From Myxococcota bacterium (GTDB lineage Bacteria; Myxococcota_A; Bradymonadia; UBA7976; UBA1532), in assembly GCA_036337435.1 (NCBI GenBank), contig JAYZEG010000058.1, positions 96,001 to 160,000 on the forward strand: 64,000 nt of DNA, read 5' to 3'. Under the pieces are notes generated by a model. The model was not told the origin of the DNA and made no database searches. It was given only the letters and a program-made list of their open reading frames with translations. How positions within the stretch are numbered: the stretch's first letter is position 1; every line of letters starts with the position of its first letter. A program made the translations under genes and the position numbers. Of the stretch, positions 29,618 to 40,353 are shown piece by piece.

Positions 29618-31468
29618 TCAAGCATCATCGTCGGGCTTTAAATGACGGAGAATCGTTTCTGCCAGGGCCGGGCTGAAGCCTTTCAGCTCGGAAATGGTTC
29701 GAGACGATGCAGCTTTAATCCCCTTCAGGCTGCCGAAATGTCGCAATAGTATTTTTCGACGCCCTGGCCCTACACCTGGAATCTCATCCAAGGCACTCTT
29801 AAAGTTTCGGCCGATACGTCGCTTCCGGTGAAAGTTAATGGCAAAGCGATGTGCCTCATCGCGGAGTTGGGTCATTAGAAAATACTCGTGCGTATTTGAC
29901 CGAAGAATAATGGGTTCTCGGATGCCAGGAATAAATACCCGCTCTGACGTTTTCAGGACGCCACCATCAGCGTCGTTGACGCCGTCGATAACGCGTGCCT
30001 TCGCAAGGGAAACAACATCCAGACCATCAATTTTAAGTTCCTCGAGTACCGAGCGGGCGACGTTGAGCTGCCCTTTTCCTCCATCAACAACGATTAACTG
30101 GGGTAAGTCAGCCTTGGCCAGGCCACTTTTGAGCCGCCGAGTAAGAACCTCCCGCATCATCCCATAATCATCAGTTCCTTCAACAGTCTTGATCTTGTAT
30201 TGCCGATAGCGACTTCGCTTTGGTGAACCACCTTCGAAGGCTACGCACGAGGCAACGGGCTCCGTGCCCTGAAAGAGAGAAATATCAAAGCATTCAATTT
30301 GGTGAGGAACGTTAGTGAGCTTTAATTTTTCTTTAAGCCTCACTAAGCCGCCATCACGGGCCGAGAGATCGCGCCGGGCTTGAAAATAGGCATGTTCAGC
30401 GTTTTTGTTTGCTGTCTCTAATAATCTCTTATTCGCCCCCCTCTTGGGAAGCTTGAGCTGTACACGTCTGCCTTTTAATTCGGAGACGTACGCCTCGACC
30501 ACATCCCGATTAGAAATAGATACCGGGAGCAGAACCTCATCAGGCATCGCAGCTCCACTGTTATAGTAGAGGTTTACGAAGGTACTTAGCAGTTCCGAAT
30601 CTGGAATTCCGTGCTCCACGAAATCAAAGGTTCTTGAGCCGACCATTTTGCCGCGGCGCACGAACAAAATGGAGACCTGCAATGAAGCCCCCTCTCGATA
30701 AATGCCGAAAACGTCTTGGTCTAACTGACGGATTTGAACCATATTTTGATCTTCTAGACTCCCTCGAATCGCCCGAAGTTGGTCGCGGTATCGGGCCGCA
30801 CTCTCGTACTCTAATGCCTGAGATGCTTGCTCCATTTTTTCCTTTAAACTGCGAACAAGCTCGTCTTCGCGCCCTTGAAGAAATCGAATAACGTCTTGAA
30901 CATGGTTGTCATATTGCCGGTGGTCAACAGGCAGCACACAAGGTCCAGGACATCGTTTAATTTGGTATTGAAGACAAGGACGTGCCCTATTTTTGAAGGT
31001 CAAATCATCACAGTTTCGTAAACCAAAGTGTTGTTCGATGAGTTTTAATGTCTGCCTAATTTTACTCGCAGAATGATAGGGGCCAAAATATTGGGCTCCA
31101 TCTTTTCGTGGGCTACGAACCACATCGATCTTTGGCCACTTTGTGGACGCGTCTATCCGCAGGTGTAAGAAATTTTTATCGTCCTTCAGATTGACGTTGA
31201 ACCTGGGCTGGTGCCGTTTGATGAGTTCATTTTCAAGAATTAATGCTTCTTTTGCATTGGCTGTAATGATCAGGTCTATGTCGTTTAGGTACTCATCTAG
31301 CAGTGCGACAAAGAATCGTGTGTCACTGGTTTGACCGAAATACTGCTTGACCCGATTTCTGAGGTTATTGGCCTTTCCAACGTAGATGACCTCGCCGGAC
31401 TGGTCTTTCATGATGTAGACACCCGGATCCTTTGGAAAGCGATCCAGATTGCTTCGATCAAATGACAT
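29618..31468 (-). CDS. uvrC: Excinuclease ABC subunit C
   Basis: GIY-YIG PGVY...IYVGKA, ECFDIS, DGGKGQ, RDEAHRFA, C-terminal HhH. Confidence 0.98.
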   Translation of the reverse strand: MSFDRSNLDRFPKDPGVYIMKDQSGEVIYVGKANNLRNRVKQYFGQTSDTRFFVALLDEYLNDIDLIITANAKEALILENELIKRHQPRFNVNLKDDKNFLHLRIDASTKWPKIDVVRSPRKDGAQYFGPYHSASKIRQTLKLIEQHFGLRNCDDLTFKNRARPCLQYQIKRCPGPCVLPVDHRQYDNHVQDVIRFLQGREDELVRSLKEKMEQASQALEYESAARYRDQLRAIRGSLEDQNMVQIRQLDQDVFGIYREGASLQVSILFVRRGKMVGSRTFDFVEHGIPDSELLSTFVNLYYNSGAAMPDEVLLPVSISNRDVVEAYVSELKGRRVQLKLPKRGANKRLLETANKNAEHAYFQARRDLSARDGGLVRLKEKLKLTNVPHQIECFDISLFQGTEPVASCVAFEGGSPKRSRYRQYKIKTVEGTDDYGMMREVLTRRLKSGLAKADLPQLIVVDGGKGQLNVARSVLEELKIDGLDVVSLAKARVIDGVNDADGGVLKTSERVFIPGIREPIILRSNTHEYFLMTQLRDEAHRFAINFHRKRRIGRNFKSALDEIPGVGPGRRKILLRHFGSLKGIKAASSRTISELKGFSPALAETILRHLKPDDDA

Positions 31469-31470
31469 GC

Positions 31471-33474
31471 TCAGCCCACGACCAAGAGTAACTTTTGGAG
31501 TGCCTTCATTTCATCACGTAATCGTGCCGCCTCCTCAAACTCATGCGCCTCCGCATGTGCGAGCATCTTAGATTTTGTTTCGGCGATCAGTCGTTGAACC
31601 TCGGCTGGTTCGTCTAAACCGTCCATTTTCAAATTCGCTGTCTGAAGGGATTCGCCGGAATCCGGCATCATGCCGCGCACGACTTCTTCGATGTCATCGA
31701 TCTGCTTCCGGACCGTCCGTGGAACAATTCCATGTTCTTCATTGTGGGCTATCTGAATAGCTCGTCGACGCTCCGTCTCTTGCAGAGCCGCCTTCATCGA
31801 ATCGGTCATTCGGTCTGCGTAGAGAATCACCCGACCTTCTGCATTTCGAGCTGCTCGGCCAATGGTTTGAATGAGAGACGTTCGGTTCCTCAGAAAGCCT
31901 TCCTTATCAGCATCCAAGATGGCGACGAGACCAACCTCCGGTAAATCGAGACCTTCCCTCAACAAATTGATACCGACAAGGATATCGAATTTACCGAGTC
32001 GAAGGTCTCGCAAGATTGCACTGCGTTCGATAGTGTCTATGTCCGCGTGCAAGTATCGAACGGCGAGACCTAACCCCTGATAGTAGTCGGTCAGGTCCTC
32101 GGCCATTCTTTTCGTTAAAGTTGTGACGAGAACTCTAAACGAACCAGATACCGCATCTCGAATTTCGCCGAGTAAGTCATCCACCTGGTCGGTCGCCGGG
32201 CGAACCTCGACTTCTGGATCGACGAGGCCTGTCGGCCTGATCAGCTGCTCGATAACAACGCCGTGGCTCTGCTCGAGTTCGTATTGGGCTGGTGTCGCTG
32301 AGACAAAGATCACCTGGTTCTGAGTCTCGACAAATTCGTCGAACTTCAACGGGCGATTATCGAGTGCTGAGGGCAACCTAAACCCATGTTCAACCAAACT
32401 ACTCTTTCGAGACCTATCGCCACGATACATGCCGCCGACTTGTGGAATTGAGACATGACTTTCGTCGACAAACAAAAGCCAATCCGATGGAAAATAATCG
32501 AGTAAGCATGGCGGCGGCTCACCTTCTGAGCGCCCGGTTAGATAGCGGGAATAGTTTTCAATCCCTGAACAATGTCCAATTTGCTCAATCTGCTCCAGAT
32601 CGAATAGCGTTCTTTGCTCAAGGCGCTGAGCTTCCAGCAAGCGCTCATCCGCCTTTAACTCCTGGAGCCTTTCTCTGAGTTCATCCCGTATCAAGTGGGT
32701 TGCTTCTGCGAGTCGGTTCTGACCGACCACGTAATGGCTACCAGGGTAAACCGCGACCTTATCGAGTTTGTCAATGATCCGTCCGCGGAGCGGATCGATC
32801 GTATAAATGCCATCAACCTCGTCTCCGAAGAATTCAATCCGAATCGCTTCAGTGTCTTCATGAACGGGAAAGACTTCTAATACATCTCCGCGAACACGGA
32901 AGACACCTCGATGAAAATCGTAGTCGTTTCTTGCGTATTGAATCTCGACTAGTTTGGCCAGAACATCATCGCGGTCGATTTGTTGGCCATGTTCTAAAAC
33001 CAGTAATTGGTCGTAATATGCTTCGGCACTACCAAGGCCATATATACAGCTGACACTCGCCACAATGATGACGTCTCGACGTTCCAGTAGGGCACGTGTC
33101 GCAGCATGCCGTAAACGATCAATTTCATCATTTATCTTCGCGTCTTTCTCGATATATGTATCGGTGGTCGGCACATAAGCTTCAGGCTGATAATAATCAT
33201 AATAACTCACAAAATACTGGACCGAGTTATTGGGAAACAAATGGCGCAATTCCCCATACAACTGGGCGGCCAAGGTCTTGTTATGGGCGAGGATCAGAGA
33301 TGGACGCTGTGTCTCAGCGATAACGTTCGCCATGGTGAAGGTCTTACCAGACCCTGTGACACCCAATAAGACCTGAGACCGAGTCCCCCGATTAAGGCCT
33401 GTGACCAGCTGAGCAATGGCTTGCGGCTGATCACCGCTCGGCGAATGAGGGGAGACAAGGTCGAATGATTTCAT
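31471..33474 (-). CDS. uvrB: Excinuclease ABC subunit B
   Basis: [31 protein letters not shown]. Confidence 0.98.
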   Translation of the reverse strand: MKSFDLVSPHSPSGDQPQAIAQLVTGLNRGTRSQVLLGVTGSGKTFTMANVIAETQRPSLILAHNKTLAAQLYGELRHLFPNNSVQYFVSYYDYYQPEAYVPTTDTYIEKDAKINDEIDRLRHAATRALLERRDVIIVASVSCIYGLGSAEAYYDQLLVLEHGQQIDRDDVLAKLVEIQYARNDYDFHRGVFRVRGDVLEVFPVHEDTEAIRIEFFGDEVDGIYTIDPLRGRIIDKLDKVAVYPGSHYVVGQNRLAEATHLIRDELRERLQELKADERLLEAQRLEQRTLFDLEQIEQIGHCSGIENYSRYLTGRSEGEPPPCLLDYFPSDWLLFVDESHVSIPQVGGMYRGDRSRKSSLVEHGFRLPSALDNRPLKFDEFVETQNQVIFVSATPAQYELEQSHGVVIEQLIRPTGLVDPEVEVRPATDQVDDLLGEIRDAVSGSFRVLVTTLTKRMAEDLTDYYQGLGLAVRYLHADIDTIERSAILRDLRLGKFDILVGINLLREGLDLPEVGLVAILDADKEGFLRNRTSLIQTIGRAARNAEGRVILYADRMTDSMKAALQETERRRAIQIAHNEEHGIVPRTVRKQIDDIEEVVRGMMPDSGESLQTANLKMDGLDEPAEVQRLIAETKSKMLAHAEAHEFEEAARLRDEMKALQKLLLVVG

Positions 33475-34970
33475 TCAGCCTCGGTGGTCTCGGCATCGAT
33501 AGACTCATCAATTGACCAGTCTGTTCCACCAGGACGGTCCATTAAAATGACGCCCAGGCTCTCTAGTTCGTCCCGAATTTGATCCGCCATGGCCCAGTCT
33601 CTTGCTGTGCGGGCTGCAATTCGTTTTGAAATTTGTCTTTCGATTAACTCGATGGAAATTCCTAATCGCATTGCCGCCTTTGTTCGGTGACGCAATAAGT
33701 ACGCTCTCGGCTCTTCACCAAATAAGTTGAGAACGCTGTCCATGCTCCTGAGCTCGTCCAGGAGGCATTGAGCCGAAGCGACCGCAGCAGGCAACGCTGC
33801 TTTCTTTTTCACGGAGACATACTCGTTGAGATACCTAAATAATTCGGAAATCAACTCCATGGCCTTCACGACGCTGAAGTCATCGTCCATCGCATCTCGG
33901 AATCGACCAGAAATGCCATCGATAAAGTCTTGATCTTTGGTCAAACTACCCATGGCGTCTGCGTTCACTTCGACAAAATCTTTCGCTTTTCTCAGCGACT
34001 CGTAAAAGTAGGCCATCCGTGCCGATGCTTCGTCCAATAGGGTGTCGCAGAAGTTCATCGGGTTACGATAATGAGTCGCACACATCAAGAAATACCGCAG
34101 AACGAGTGGTTCGTACCGCTGCAAAATATCTCGCACATTGAAGACGTTACCAATGGATTTAGACATCTTCTGCTGATCAATATTTATAAAACCATTGTGC
34201 ATCCAATAGTTGACATAGCGGCAACCCGATGCAGCTTCAGACTGGGCAATTTCGTTTTCGTGATGAGGAAAAATGAGGTCACGTCCACCGCAATGAATAT
34301 CGAACGTAGGACCCAAATGAGCCATGCTCATGGCTGAGCATTCGATGTGCCAGCCGGGCCGCCCTGGGCCCCATGGACTCGGCCAATTGATTTCACCGTC
34401 CTTAGTGGATTTCCACAGAGCAAAATCCATTGGGTTGCGCTTCCGGGTGTCGACGTCGACTCGGGCACCAGCCATCATGTCGTCCAGTGGACGCTTACTC
34501 AGGCATCCATAGTTTTCAAATTTGGCAACCTCAAAAAAGACATCCCCGTCAACTGAATACGCTAAACCACGGTCTTCAAGAGATTGAACGAGTGCGATGA
34601 TGTCATCGATCGATGTGCTGACCCGAGGTTCGTGATCTGGACGGGCAATACAAAGCGCATCCATGTCTTCATAAAACGCCTGAATATTCTCTTCGGCGAG
34701 CTCCAATGGATCAACGTCTCGTTTTGCAGCCTCGTTGATAATCTTGTCATCTACATCAGTAAAATTTCGAACGTAGGTGACATCAAATCCCCGATATTGG
34801 AAATACCGATAGACGACATCCCAGGCGACGTAACATCGGGCATGCCCAAGATGTGAAAGCGCGTAGGGCGTAATGCCACAGACGTACATTTTGACAGAGT
34901 TTTCTTCGATAGGAACGAATTCCCGCTTGGAGCCACTCAAGGAATCGTAAATTGTTACCGCCACAATCAT
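33471..34970 (-). CDS. cysS: Cysteinyl-tRNA synthetase
   Basis: [29 protein letters not shown]. Confidence 0.98.
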   Translation of the reverse strand: MIVAVTIYDSLSGSKREFVPIEENSVKMYVCGITPYALSHLGHARCYVAWDVVYRYFQYRGFDVTYVRNFTDVDDKIINEAAKRDVDPLELAEENIQAFYEDMDALCIARPDHEPRVSTSIDDIIALVQSLEDRGLAYSVDGDVFFEVAKFENYGCLSKRPLDDMMAGARVDVDTRKRNPMDFALWKSTKDGEINWPSPWGPGRPGWHIECSAMSMAHLGPTFDIHCGGRDLIFPHHENEIAQSEAASGCRYVNYWMHNGFINIDQQKMSKSIGNVFNVRDILQRYEPLVLRYFLMCATHYRNPMNFCDTLLDEASARMAYFYESLRKAKDFVEVNADAMGSLTKDQDFIDGISGRFRDAMDDDFSVVKAMELISELFRYLNEYVSVKKKAALPAAVASAQCLLDELRSMDSVLNLFGEEPRAYLLRHRTKAAMRLGISIELIERQISKRIAARTARDWAMADQIRDELESLGVILMDRPGGTDWSIDESIDAETTEAE

Positions 34971-35167
34971 TCTCCCGAAATAAACGCGCTGATGTTCAAT
35001 ATAAAAGCCATTATACTAAACACAGACGGAAATATAGCCAATGATATTCTCGATATTGGACTGTTGAAAGCTTACCAAGGCATTTGGATCCATTGACCAA
35101 GCTACGCCTCCGTGTGAAACTTTATCGACCTTGTTAGAGAAAACCTCACATCGGAGTATTCAATTCT

Positions 35168-36319
35168 ATGATTCCGTGTCCTACATGCGAGTTCATAAAT
35201 GAAGAAGGCACGGCTTTCTGTATCCAGTGCGGACATGATTTCACGTCGACTCCAAATCCGATGAGTCCGGAACAGACAGAGGCTAAAGACGAAGCAGGCG
35301 CAAGGTCCGAAACAATACCTCAGACGGATTCTGAAGGGGCTGCGGCCGACGGTCCGGACGCAGGCCTGTCTGAAGAGGTCAATGAAGACGCCGATGATGC
35401 CAACCAATCAAACCGGACAAGCACAGATTCCGACCAGAATCGGCCCAGCGACCCAATGGATTTAGCGGAGAGTCGTACCGGTAAAAACACAAATGCTGTG
35501 GCACCGGATGTCTCTGAGCCGATCAATGCTGGCTCAGCCCCGAACGACAGTGAGGGGAGCCAAGTTGACGTAAGAGCGAACTTGGATGTTGTTTTGAGTA
35601 CCGAGGACGAAAAAGGCGACCAGATCGCCTATGATGCGGGCCCGGCCCCTGAGCCGGCAGAGGGACGTGAAGTCAGGTCTGATTCGGATAAATCGAGCCT
35701 GGTGAAACCCGAAATCGATGCTATCGAACCATCAGCTAACGGGCCGGCTGACCAAGAATCGACTGCCCAAAAAACCGAAGACACAGTGAATGTGGACGCT
35801 GGACAACCTGCCCAAGAGGCAAATATGAGCAGGTCTGGAGCGCAGAAACACCAAAAGGACGACGGTGCTGCCGATTCAATGGCCGAGGGCGAATTCGTCT
35901 CGGCGATAGAACGTGAAACGATTGCCGACAATGAAAACATGAATCGCGATCCACTGGCGTCACTACCACCGCCACCTGCATCAAGTGCCGTCTCACCGCT
36001 TCAATTCGCTGATTCTGGTGAAGCTGCATTCGGTGAACGTTGGTGGCTGAAGCCAAGTGCCGCGGTACCGGCCGCTGGTGATAAGATTGCGCAAACGGCC
36101 CCAATCGACGTCGTCGAGGACTTTCAGACAGAGGGAGATGACCAAACCGACCCGAAGATAAATCGTCCGGCTCATATCCCTACGAGAGCTGCGGCTGAGA
36201 TTGATCGTCGACGATTCGAGGAGTTACCAACTGTATCTGAGACAGAGCGTAAACCGCTCGCTCTGATAATCGGTCTCGTTCTCGGCATCGCTGTCCTCTT
36301 ATTTGCAGCTTTGAAGTGA
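35168..36319 (+). CDS. Zinc-ribbon protein with acidic low-complexity linker and C-terminal TM anchor
   Basis: CPTC-x10-CIQC at the N-terminus; D/E/A/S/P-rich middle; terminal LALIIGLVLGIAVLLFAALK. Confidence 0.75.
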   Translation: MIPCPTCEFINEEGTAFCIQCGHDFTSTPNPMSPEQTEAKDEAGARSETIPQTDSEGAAADGPDAGLSEEVNEDADDANQSNRTSTDSDQNRPSDPMDLAESRTGKNTNAVAPDVSEPINAGSAPNDSEGSQVDVRANLDVVLSTEDEKGDQIAYDAGPAPEPAEGREVRSDSDKSSLVKPEIDAIEPSANGPADQESTAQKTEDTVNVDAGQPAQEANMSRSGAQKHQKDDGAADSMAEGEFVSAIERETIADNENMNRDPLASLPPPPASSAVSPLQFADSGEAAFGERWWLKPSAAVPAAGDKIAQTAPIDVVEDFQTEGDDQTDPKINRPAHIPTRAAAEIDRRRFEELPTVSETERKPLALIIGLVLGIAVLLFAALK

Positions 36320-36334
36320 AGGGAGAGATAGCAG

Positions 36335-36823
36335 GTGAGTCAAGGACGGCCATGTACAGAGTCCCATGTCATTATGACCGAGATGGTGTTGCCACCTGAT
36401 ACGAATCATCACGGTACGGTCTTCGGAGGTCGCGTCCTTCAGTGGATTGACATCGCCGGCGCAATTTCGGCACGTCGGCATAGCAAAAGTAAAGTCGTCA
36501 CTGCAAGCATCGACGACATGCATTTTTTGATTCCAATTGGGCTCGGGGACACCGTCGTCATTAAAGCCTCGGTGAATTACACTCATCGAACATCAATGGA
36601 GGTCGGCGTGCGAGTCGAACGGGAGCCTCCCAGTTGCGAGATGCGGGAGCATGCAGCGACGGCCTATCTTACATTTGTGGCCATCGATGATGATGGACAG
36701 CCGATGGAAATCCCTCCGGTACAACCGATGACCGACGAAGAGAAAAGACGTTTTGAGGATGCGTCTACCAGGCGCAAATTTCGCTTGCAGAGGCGGCGTC
36801 TACTCAAAGAACGGCGAGGATAA
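36335..36823 (+). CDS. Acyl-CoA thioesterase (hotdog fold, YciA-like)
   Basis: PPDTNHHGTVFGG, VTASID, RTSMEVGV, YLTFVAID. Confidence 0.92.
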   Translation: MSQGRPCTESHVIMTEMVLPPDTNHHGTVFGGRVLQWIDIAGAISARRHSKSKVVTASIDDMHFLIPIGLGDTVVIKASVNYTHRTSMEVGVRVEREPPSCEMREHAATAYLTFVAIDDDGQPMEIPPVQPMTDEEKRRFEDASTRRKFRLQRRRLLKERRG

Positions 36824-36825
36824 AA

Positions 36826-37737
36826 GTGAATCGCTTGAAATTGCCGAGAGCAGCTGGTCAGAGGCCTGTTGTTCGCGTCGTTCTACCAGCCGGTCCCTTA
36901 ACTCGACATGAATCTGATTTCTATGCCGGGTTAAGCAAACTAGAAGCCTATGGATGCGAGGTCCGCTGGGATGATAGCCGCGTGGACGATGATTGGAGGG
37001 GCTATCTCAGTGGACCCGATTTCAAGAGATTGGAAGAAGTCTGTTCAGCATTTACAGAACCAGATGTTGATATCGTCTGGTGTGGTCGCGGGGGCAGCGG
37101 GTGCAACCGGATTGCAGACCCATTGTTGCAGTATGCAAAAACCCTTACGGTGCCAAAGTGTTTGATTGGTTTTTCAGATGTAACAGCCCTTCTGAACCCT
37201 CTGTGCCAGACGCTCGGGTGGGTGGCTTTTCATGGCCCTGTCATCACCAGCTTGGCAAAGGGTGACATCAACACCGACATCGACGAAATACTGAATGTTC
37301 TCAGAGGAGAGCAAACGGAGTTGATACTTCCTGTACCGTTCCAAAGGCCAGCCCTCCGAGGCCGTTTGTTAGGTGGAAATCTAACTGTACTCGCCAGCAT
37401 GATCGGTACGCCAACAGCACCTCGGCCGGCAGCCGATACCATTTGGCTCTTGGAGGATGTCGGAGAGTCGCCCTACCGAATCGATCGCGCTTTCGATCAG
37501 CTAAAGCGTGCCGGTTTGTTTAAGGATGCATGCGCCATCTGGCTGGGAGATTTGGGCTTACCAGATCAAGAGAGTGAGATGCAGATGGCCGCTCAGATTC
37601 GAGAGGATGCCCCGTGTCCTGTTTTGCTTAATGCGCCCGCAGGTCATCGTGCCAACCTCAGCCCATTACCCCTGGGTGCAACGGTGGAGCTTTGTCGCGG
37701 ACGGCTTCGTGCTCAACACCCTTGGGTCGCCCGATGA
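36826..37737 (+). CDS. ldcA: LD-carboxypeptidase (peptidase S66)
   Basis: RGG, GFSDVT (Ser), HGP, GGNL, LEDVGE (Glu), GH (His). Confidence 0.88.
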   Translation: MNRLKLPRAAGQRPVVRVVLPAGPLTRHESDFYAGLSKLEAYGCEVRWDDSRVDDDWRGYLSGPDFKRLEEVCSAFTEPDVDIVWCGRGGSGCNRIADPLLQYAKTLTVPKCLIGFSDVTALLNPLCQTLGWVAFHGPVITSLAKGDINTDIDEILNVLRGEQTELILPVPFQRPALRGRLLGGNLTVLASMIGTPTAPRPAADTIWLLEDVGESPYRIDRAFDQLKRAGLFKDACAIWLGDLGLPDQESEMQMAAQIREDAPCPVLLNAPAGHRANLSPLPLGATVELCRGRLRAQHPWVAR

Positions 37738-38834
37738 GTACAGCCCATGAAATTGAAAAGGCCATTGACGCGGCCTGTTTGGCGGGCACTGCACCGTCGG
37801 TAGCATTCGCGATTTCCCAGGGTGATGCACCGCCTTACCTCTGGTATGGCGGTCGACATGATCATACGGCGGACTCTGAAACAACCAATCAAGATTCGAT
37901 CTTTGATTTGGCGTCTCTGACCAAACCTCTCACCACCACCTTGTGGTGCCTGCGATTAGTCAATGCTGGGCTGCTACATCTCGACGACACACTGGGTACG
38001 TATCTACCGGTCATCAATCAGCAACTTCGTTCAACGCCACTGTGGAGACTCCTTATACATCAAGGTGCCATCTGCGCTCATCGTGAATATTATCAGGGGT
38101 TTACACATGATGATCCCCGCCTTCAAGATCGTCTAGACGTAAAGAGGGCTATCCGAAAGAAGCTTGCCGCCGAACAAGCAATATACATGCCTCAACTATT
38201 TGAAATGTATACAGATTTAGGATATATGATGATCGAATGGATCTGTGAAATTGCCTCCGGAGTCGAGCTCTCGACGGCCTGGCGGGATTTACCGGGTCAT
38301 GGCTATGATACTCTCCATTTTCGACCCTTACCTGATGACGGTCACAAAGGACATTACGTGGCCACCGAGCAATGCCCTTGGCGGAGGAGACTGATCCAGG
38401 GTGAGGTACATGATGACAACGCTTGGATCATGGGTGGGGTCTGCGGTCATGCAGGGCTTTTTGGCACATTGAAATCGGTTCATACTGCCGCGTACCAATG
38501 GCTCCGACTCACAACAAACCGGTCCAACAAACTGGGTATTGGGCCAGAATTGGCTCGGTTGGCGTTCGGGCCATCACAATATGTTCGCGATAGCAGCAGA
38601 TTTTTTGGATGGGATCGAAGGACCCCTGGCCGAAGTACGTCAGGGCAATATTTTGGCCCGCTGAGTTTTGGTCATCTTGGCTTCACAGGGACAAGTATTT
38701 GGATTGATCCCGTGCAGGAGTTGGTTGCTGTGTTACTGACGAATCGGGTTTGTCCATCGCGTGATAACCCGTTGATAAAGAGTTTTCGGCCGGCACTCCA
38801 TGACCTGGCATTTAAAATGCTCCAGAACAAGTAG
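37734..38834 (+). CDS. Beta-lactamase-fold serine hydrolase
   Basis: FDLASLTK (SxxK), YTD, GEVHDDNA...GHAGLFG, GHLGFTGTSIWID. Start re-called to ATG 37734 (ATGA overlap). Confidence 0.88.
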   Translation: MSTAHEIEKAIDAACLAGTAPSVAFAISQGDAPPYLWYGGRHDHTADSETTNQDSIFDLASLTKPLTTTLWCLRLVNAGLLHLDDTLGTYLPVINQQLRSTPLWRLLIHQGAICAHREYYQGFTHDDPRLQDRLDVKRAIRKKLAAEQAIYMPQLFEMYTDLGYMMIEWICEIASGVELSTAWRDLPGHGYDTLHFRPLPDDGHKGHYVATEQCPWRRRLIQGEVHDDNAWIMGGVCGHAGLFGTLKSVHTAAYQWLRLTTNRSNKLGIGPELARLAFGPSQYVRDSSRFFGWDRRTPGRSTSGQYFGPLSFGHLGFTGTSIWIDPVQELVAVLLTNRVCPSRDNPLIKSFRPALHDLAFKMLQNK

Positions 38835-38842
38835 GACTTCGG

Positions 38843-39640
38843 ATGACGACATCACTAGACAAAGAACTGACAGTCGCTGAGGCTGCCGCACGCGCAGCCG
38901 GCAAGCACATTATGACGTTTTGGAACCAAGATGTTGAAATGGAATATAAAGGCGAGGTGGACCTAGTAAGCCACGTTGACCGTGGGGCAGAGCAAATCAT
39001 ATTGAGTCATCTCCACGACGCATTTCCTGCCGATTGCATCGTCGGTGAAGAAGGCGATGGGCATAGCAATAGTTCGAATCGAGTCTGGTTTGTCGATCCG
39101 TTAGATGGCACAACCAATTTCGCACATGGAATCCCACACTTTTGCGTTTCTATTGGCTTGGTCATCGACGACGTACCTAGTCTGGGTGTGGTTTATGATC
39201 CGACGAGAGACTTTTTATTCGTCGGCGATCTTGAGCTGGGGGCCAGTCTGAATGGAAAGTCCATTTATGTCTCGGAGACCGAGGTACTCGGACAAAGTTT
39301 GATGGCCACTGGATTTCCCTATGACCGTCGCACCAACCCAAATAACAACATGGACCGTGCAAGCCACATTATACGTCATTGTCAAGGTCTGCGACGAGCT
39401 GGTGCTGCGGCACTTGACCTGGCCTATGTCGCGGCCGGTTGGCTCGATGGGTATTGGGAAGATAGATTACATCCATGGGATGTGGCTGCGGGCATTGCCC
39501 TGGTCCGGGCCGCTGGAGGTCACGTAACCGATTTTCAAGGGCTGTGTGTGAGCGTTACAGACGGGCGTTGTGTAGCCACCAACGGTCTAATTCATCGGGA
39601 ACTCATTGAACAAATTCACGTTGGTTCACAGAACGAATAG
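38843..39640 (+). CDS. suhB: Inositol monophosphatase family protein
   Basis: GEE, WFVDPLDGTTNFAHG, RRAGAAALDL, WDVAAG. Confidence 0.92.
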   Translation: MTTSLDKELTVAEAAARAAGKHIMTFWNQDVEMEYKGEVDLVSHVDRGAEQIILSHLHDAFPADCIVGEEGDGHSNSSNRVWFVDPLDGTTNFAHGIPHFCVSIGLVIDDVPSLGVVYDPTRDFLFVGDLELGASLNGKSIYVSETEVLGQSLMATGFPYDRRTNPNNNMDRASHIIRHCQGLRRAGAAALDLAYVAAGWLDGYWEDRLHPWDVAAGIALVRAAGGHVTDFQGLCVSVTDGRCVATNGLIHRELIEQIHVGSQNE

Positions 39641-39650
39641 GACGGACAAT

Positions 39651-39666
39651 TGTTTCACGTTTTACA
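39651..39666. promoter_or_regulatory. Degenerate parS-like site
   Basis: TGTTTCACGTTTTACA, 13/16 match to TGTTTCACGTGAAACA, intergenic upstream of rsmG. Confidence 0.45.
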
Positions 39667-39722
39667 TCAGGTCATGGCCCGTGGCTTATATTGGCCGCTG
39701 GAAAATAAAATGGAACCGGACC

Positions 39723-40346
39723 ATGCAGCGTTTTGATCACAGCCAACTTTTGGAGCAGGCGGGTCTAAATACGCGTCTCTCAAGTCGATCAATCGACTTA
39801 ATTGACCAATATTTCTCAGCTCGTGACCGCTGGAGCCGGACGCACAATGTGGCTGGACCTAAGGCACTCATGTCGCCTTATGAAGTCGATCTGGTTGACG
39901 CTGTGGCGTTAGCGGAATGTCTATCTGCATCAGACCCCTTAGTTGACGTAGGAACGGGGAGTGGCACCCCCGGTCTCTTGATCGCATGTCTGCGACCGGA
40001 GCAGCTGGTCATCTTAGTCGAACCAATCGCTAAGCGTACGGCTTTTCTGAGGCACGTCCGTCACGCATTGGGGCTGCCAAATGTTCAAGTGGTGCGCAGC
40101 CGGTGGCCCTGCACATTGTCTGCTGACGCCATTCAGATTGTCAGCCGAGCCGTCGTCGACCCAGAAGACTGGCCAGCCCTCGCAGTCCGAACGGAGGCAA
40201 AGATAACGTGCCTGTATCGTATGCTCGCAGCAAATAGACCGTCTATGACCTTAAGCGCCTGGAGATGTGTAAAAGAAGTTGACTATGAATTGCCAGCAAA
40301 AGGCTTGAGACGAATCGAATGCTGGCGTTTGCCGTCTGGTGGGTAA
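39723..40346 (+). CDS. rsmG: 16S rRNA m7G527 methyltransferase (divergent)
   Basis: SAM motif DVGTGSGTPG, LVEPIAKRTAFL, VSRA; position near parAB. Start re-called to ATG 39723. Confidence 0.82.
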   Translation: MQRFDHSQLLEQAGLNTRLSSRSIDLIDQYFSARDRWSRTHNVAGPKALMSPYEVDLVDAVALAECLSASDPLVDVGTGSGTPGLLIACLRPEQLVILVEPIAKRTAFLRHVRHALGLPNVQVVRSRWPCTLSADAIQIVSRAVVDPEDWPALAVRTEAKITCLYRMLAANRPSMTLSAWRCVKEVDYELPAKGLRRIECWRLPSGG

Positions 40347-40353
40347 GCTTGAA

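Noticed and set aside
37734..38834. Antibiotic-resistance beta-lactamase
   Set aside because: No signal peptide, YTD and HLG instead of the class C YxN and KTG motifs, and it is coupled to ldcA.
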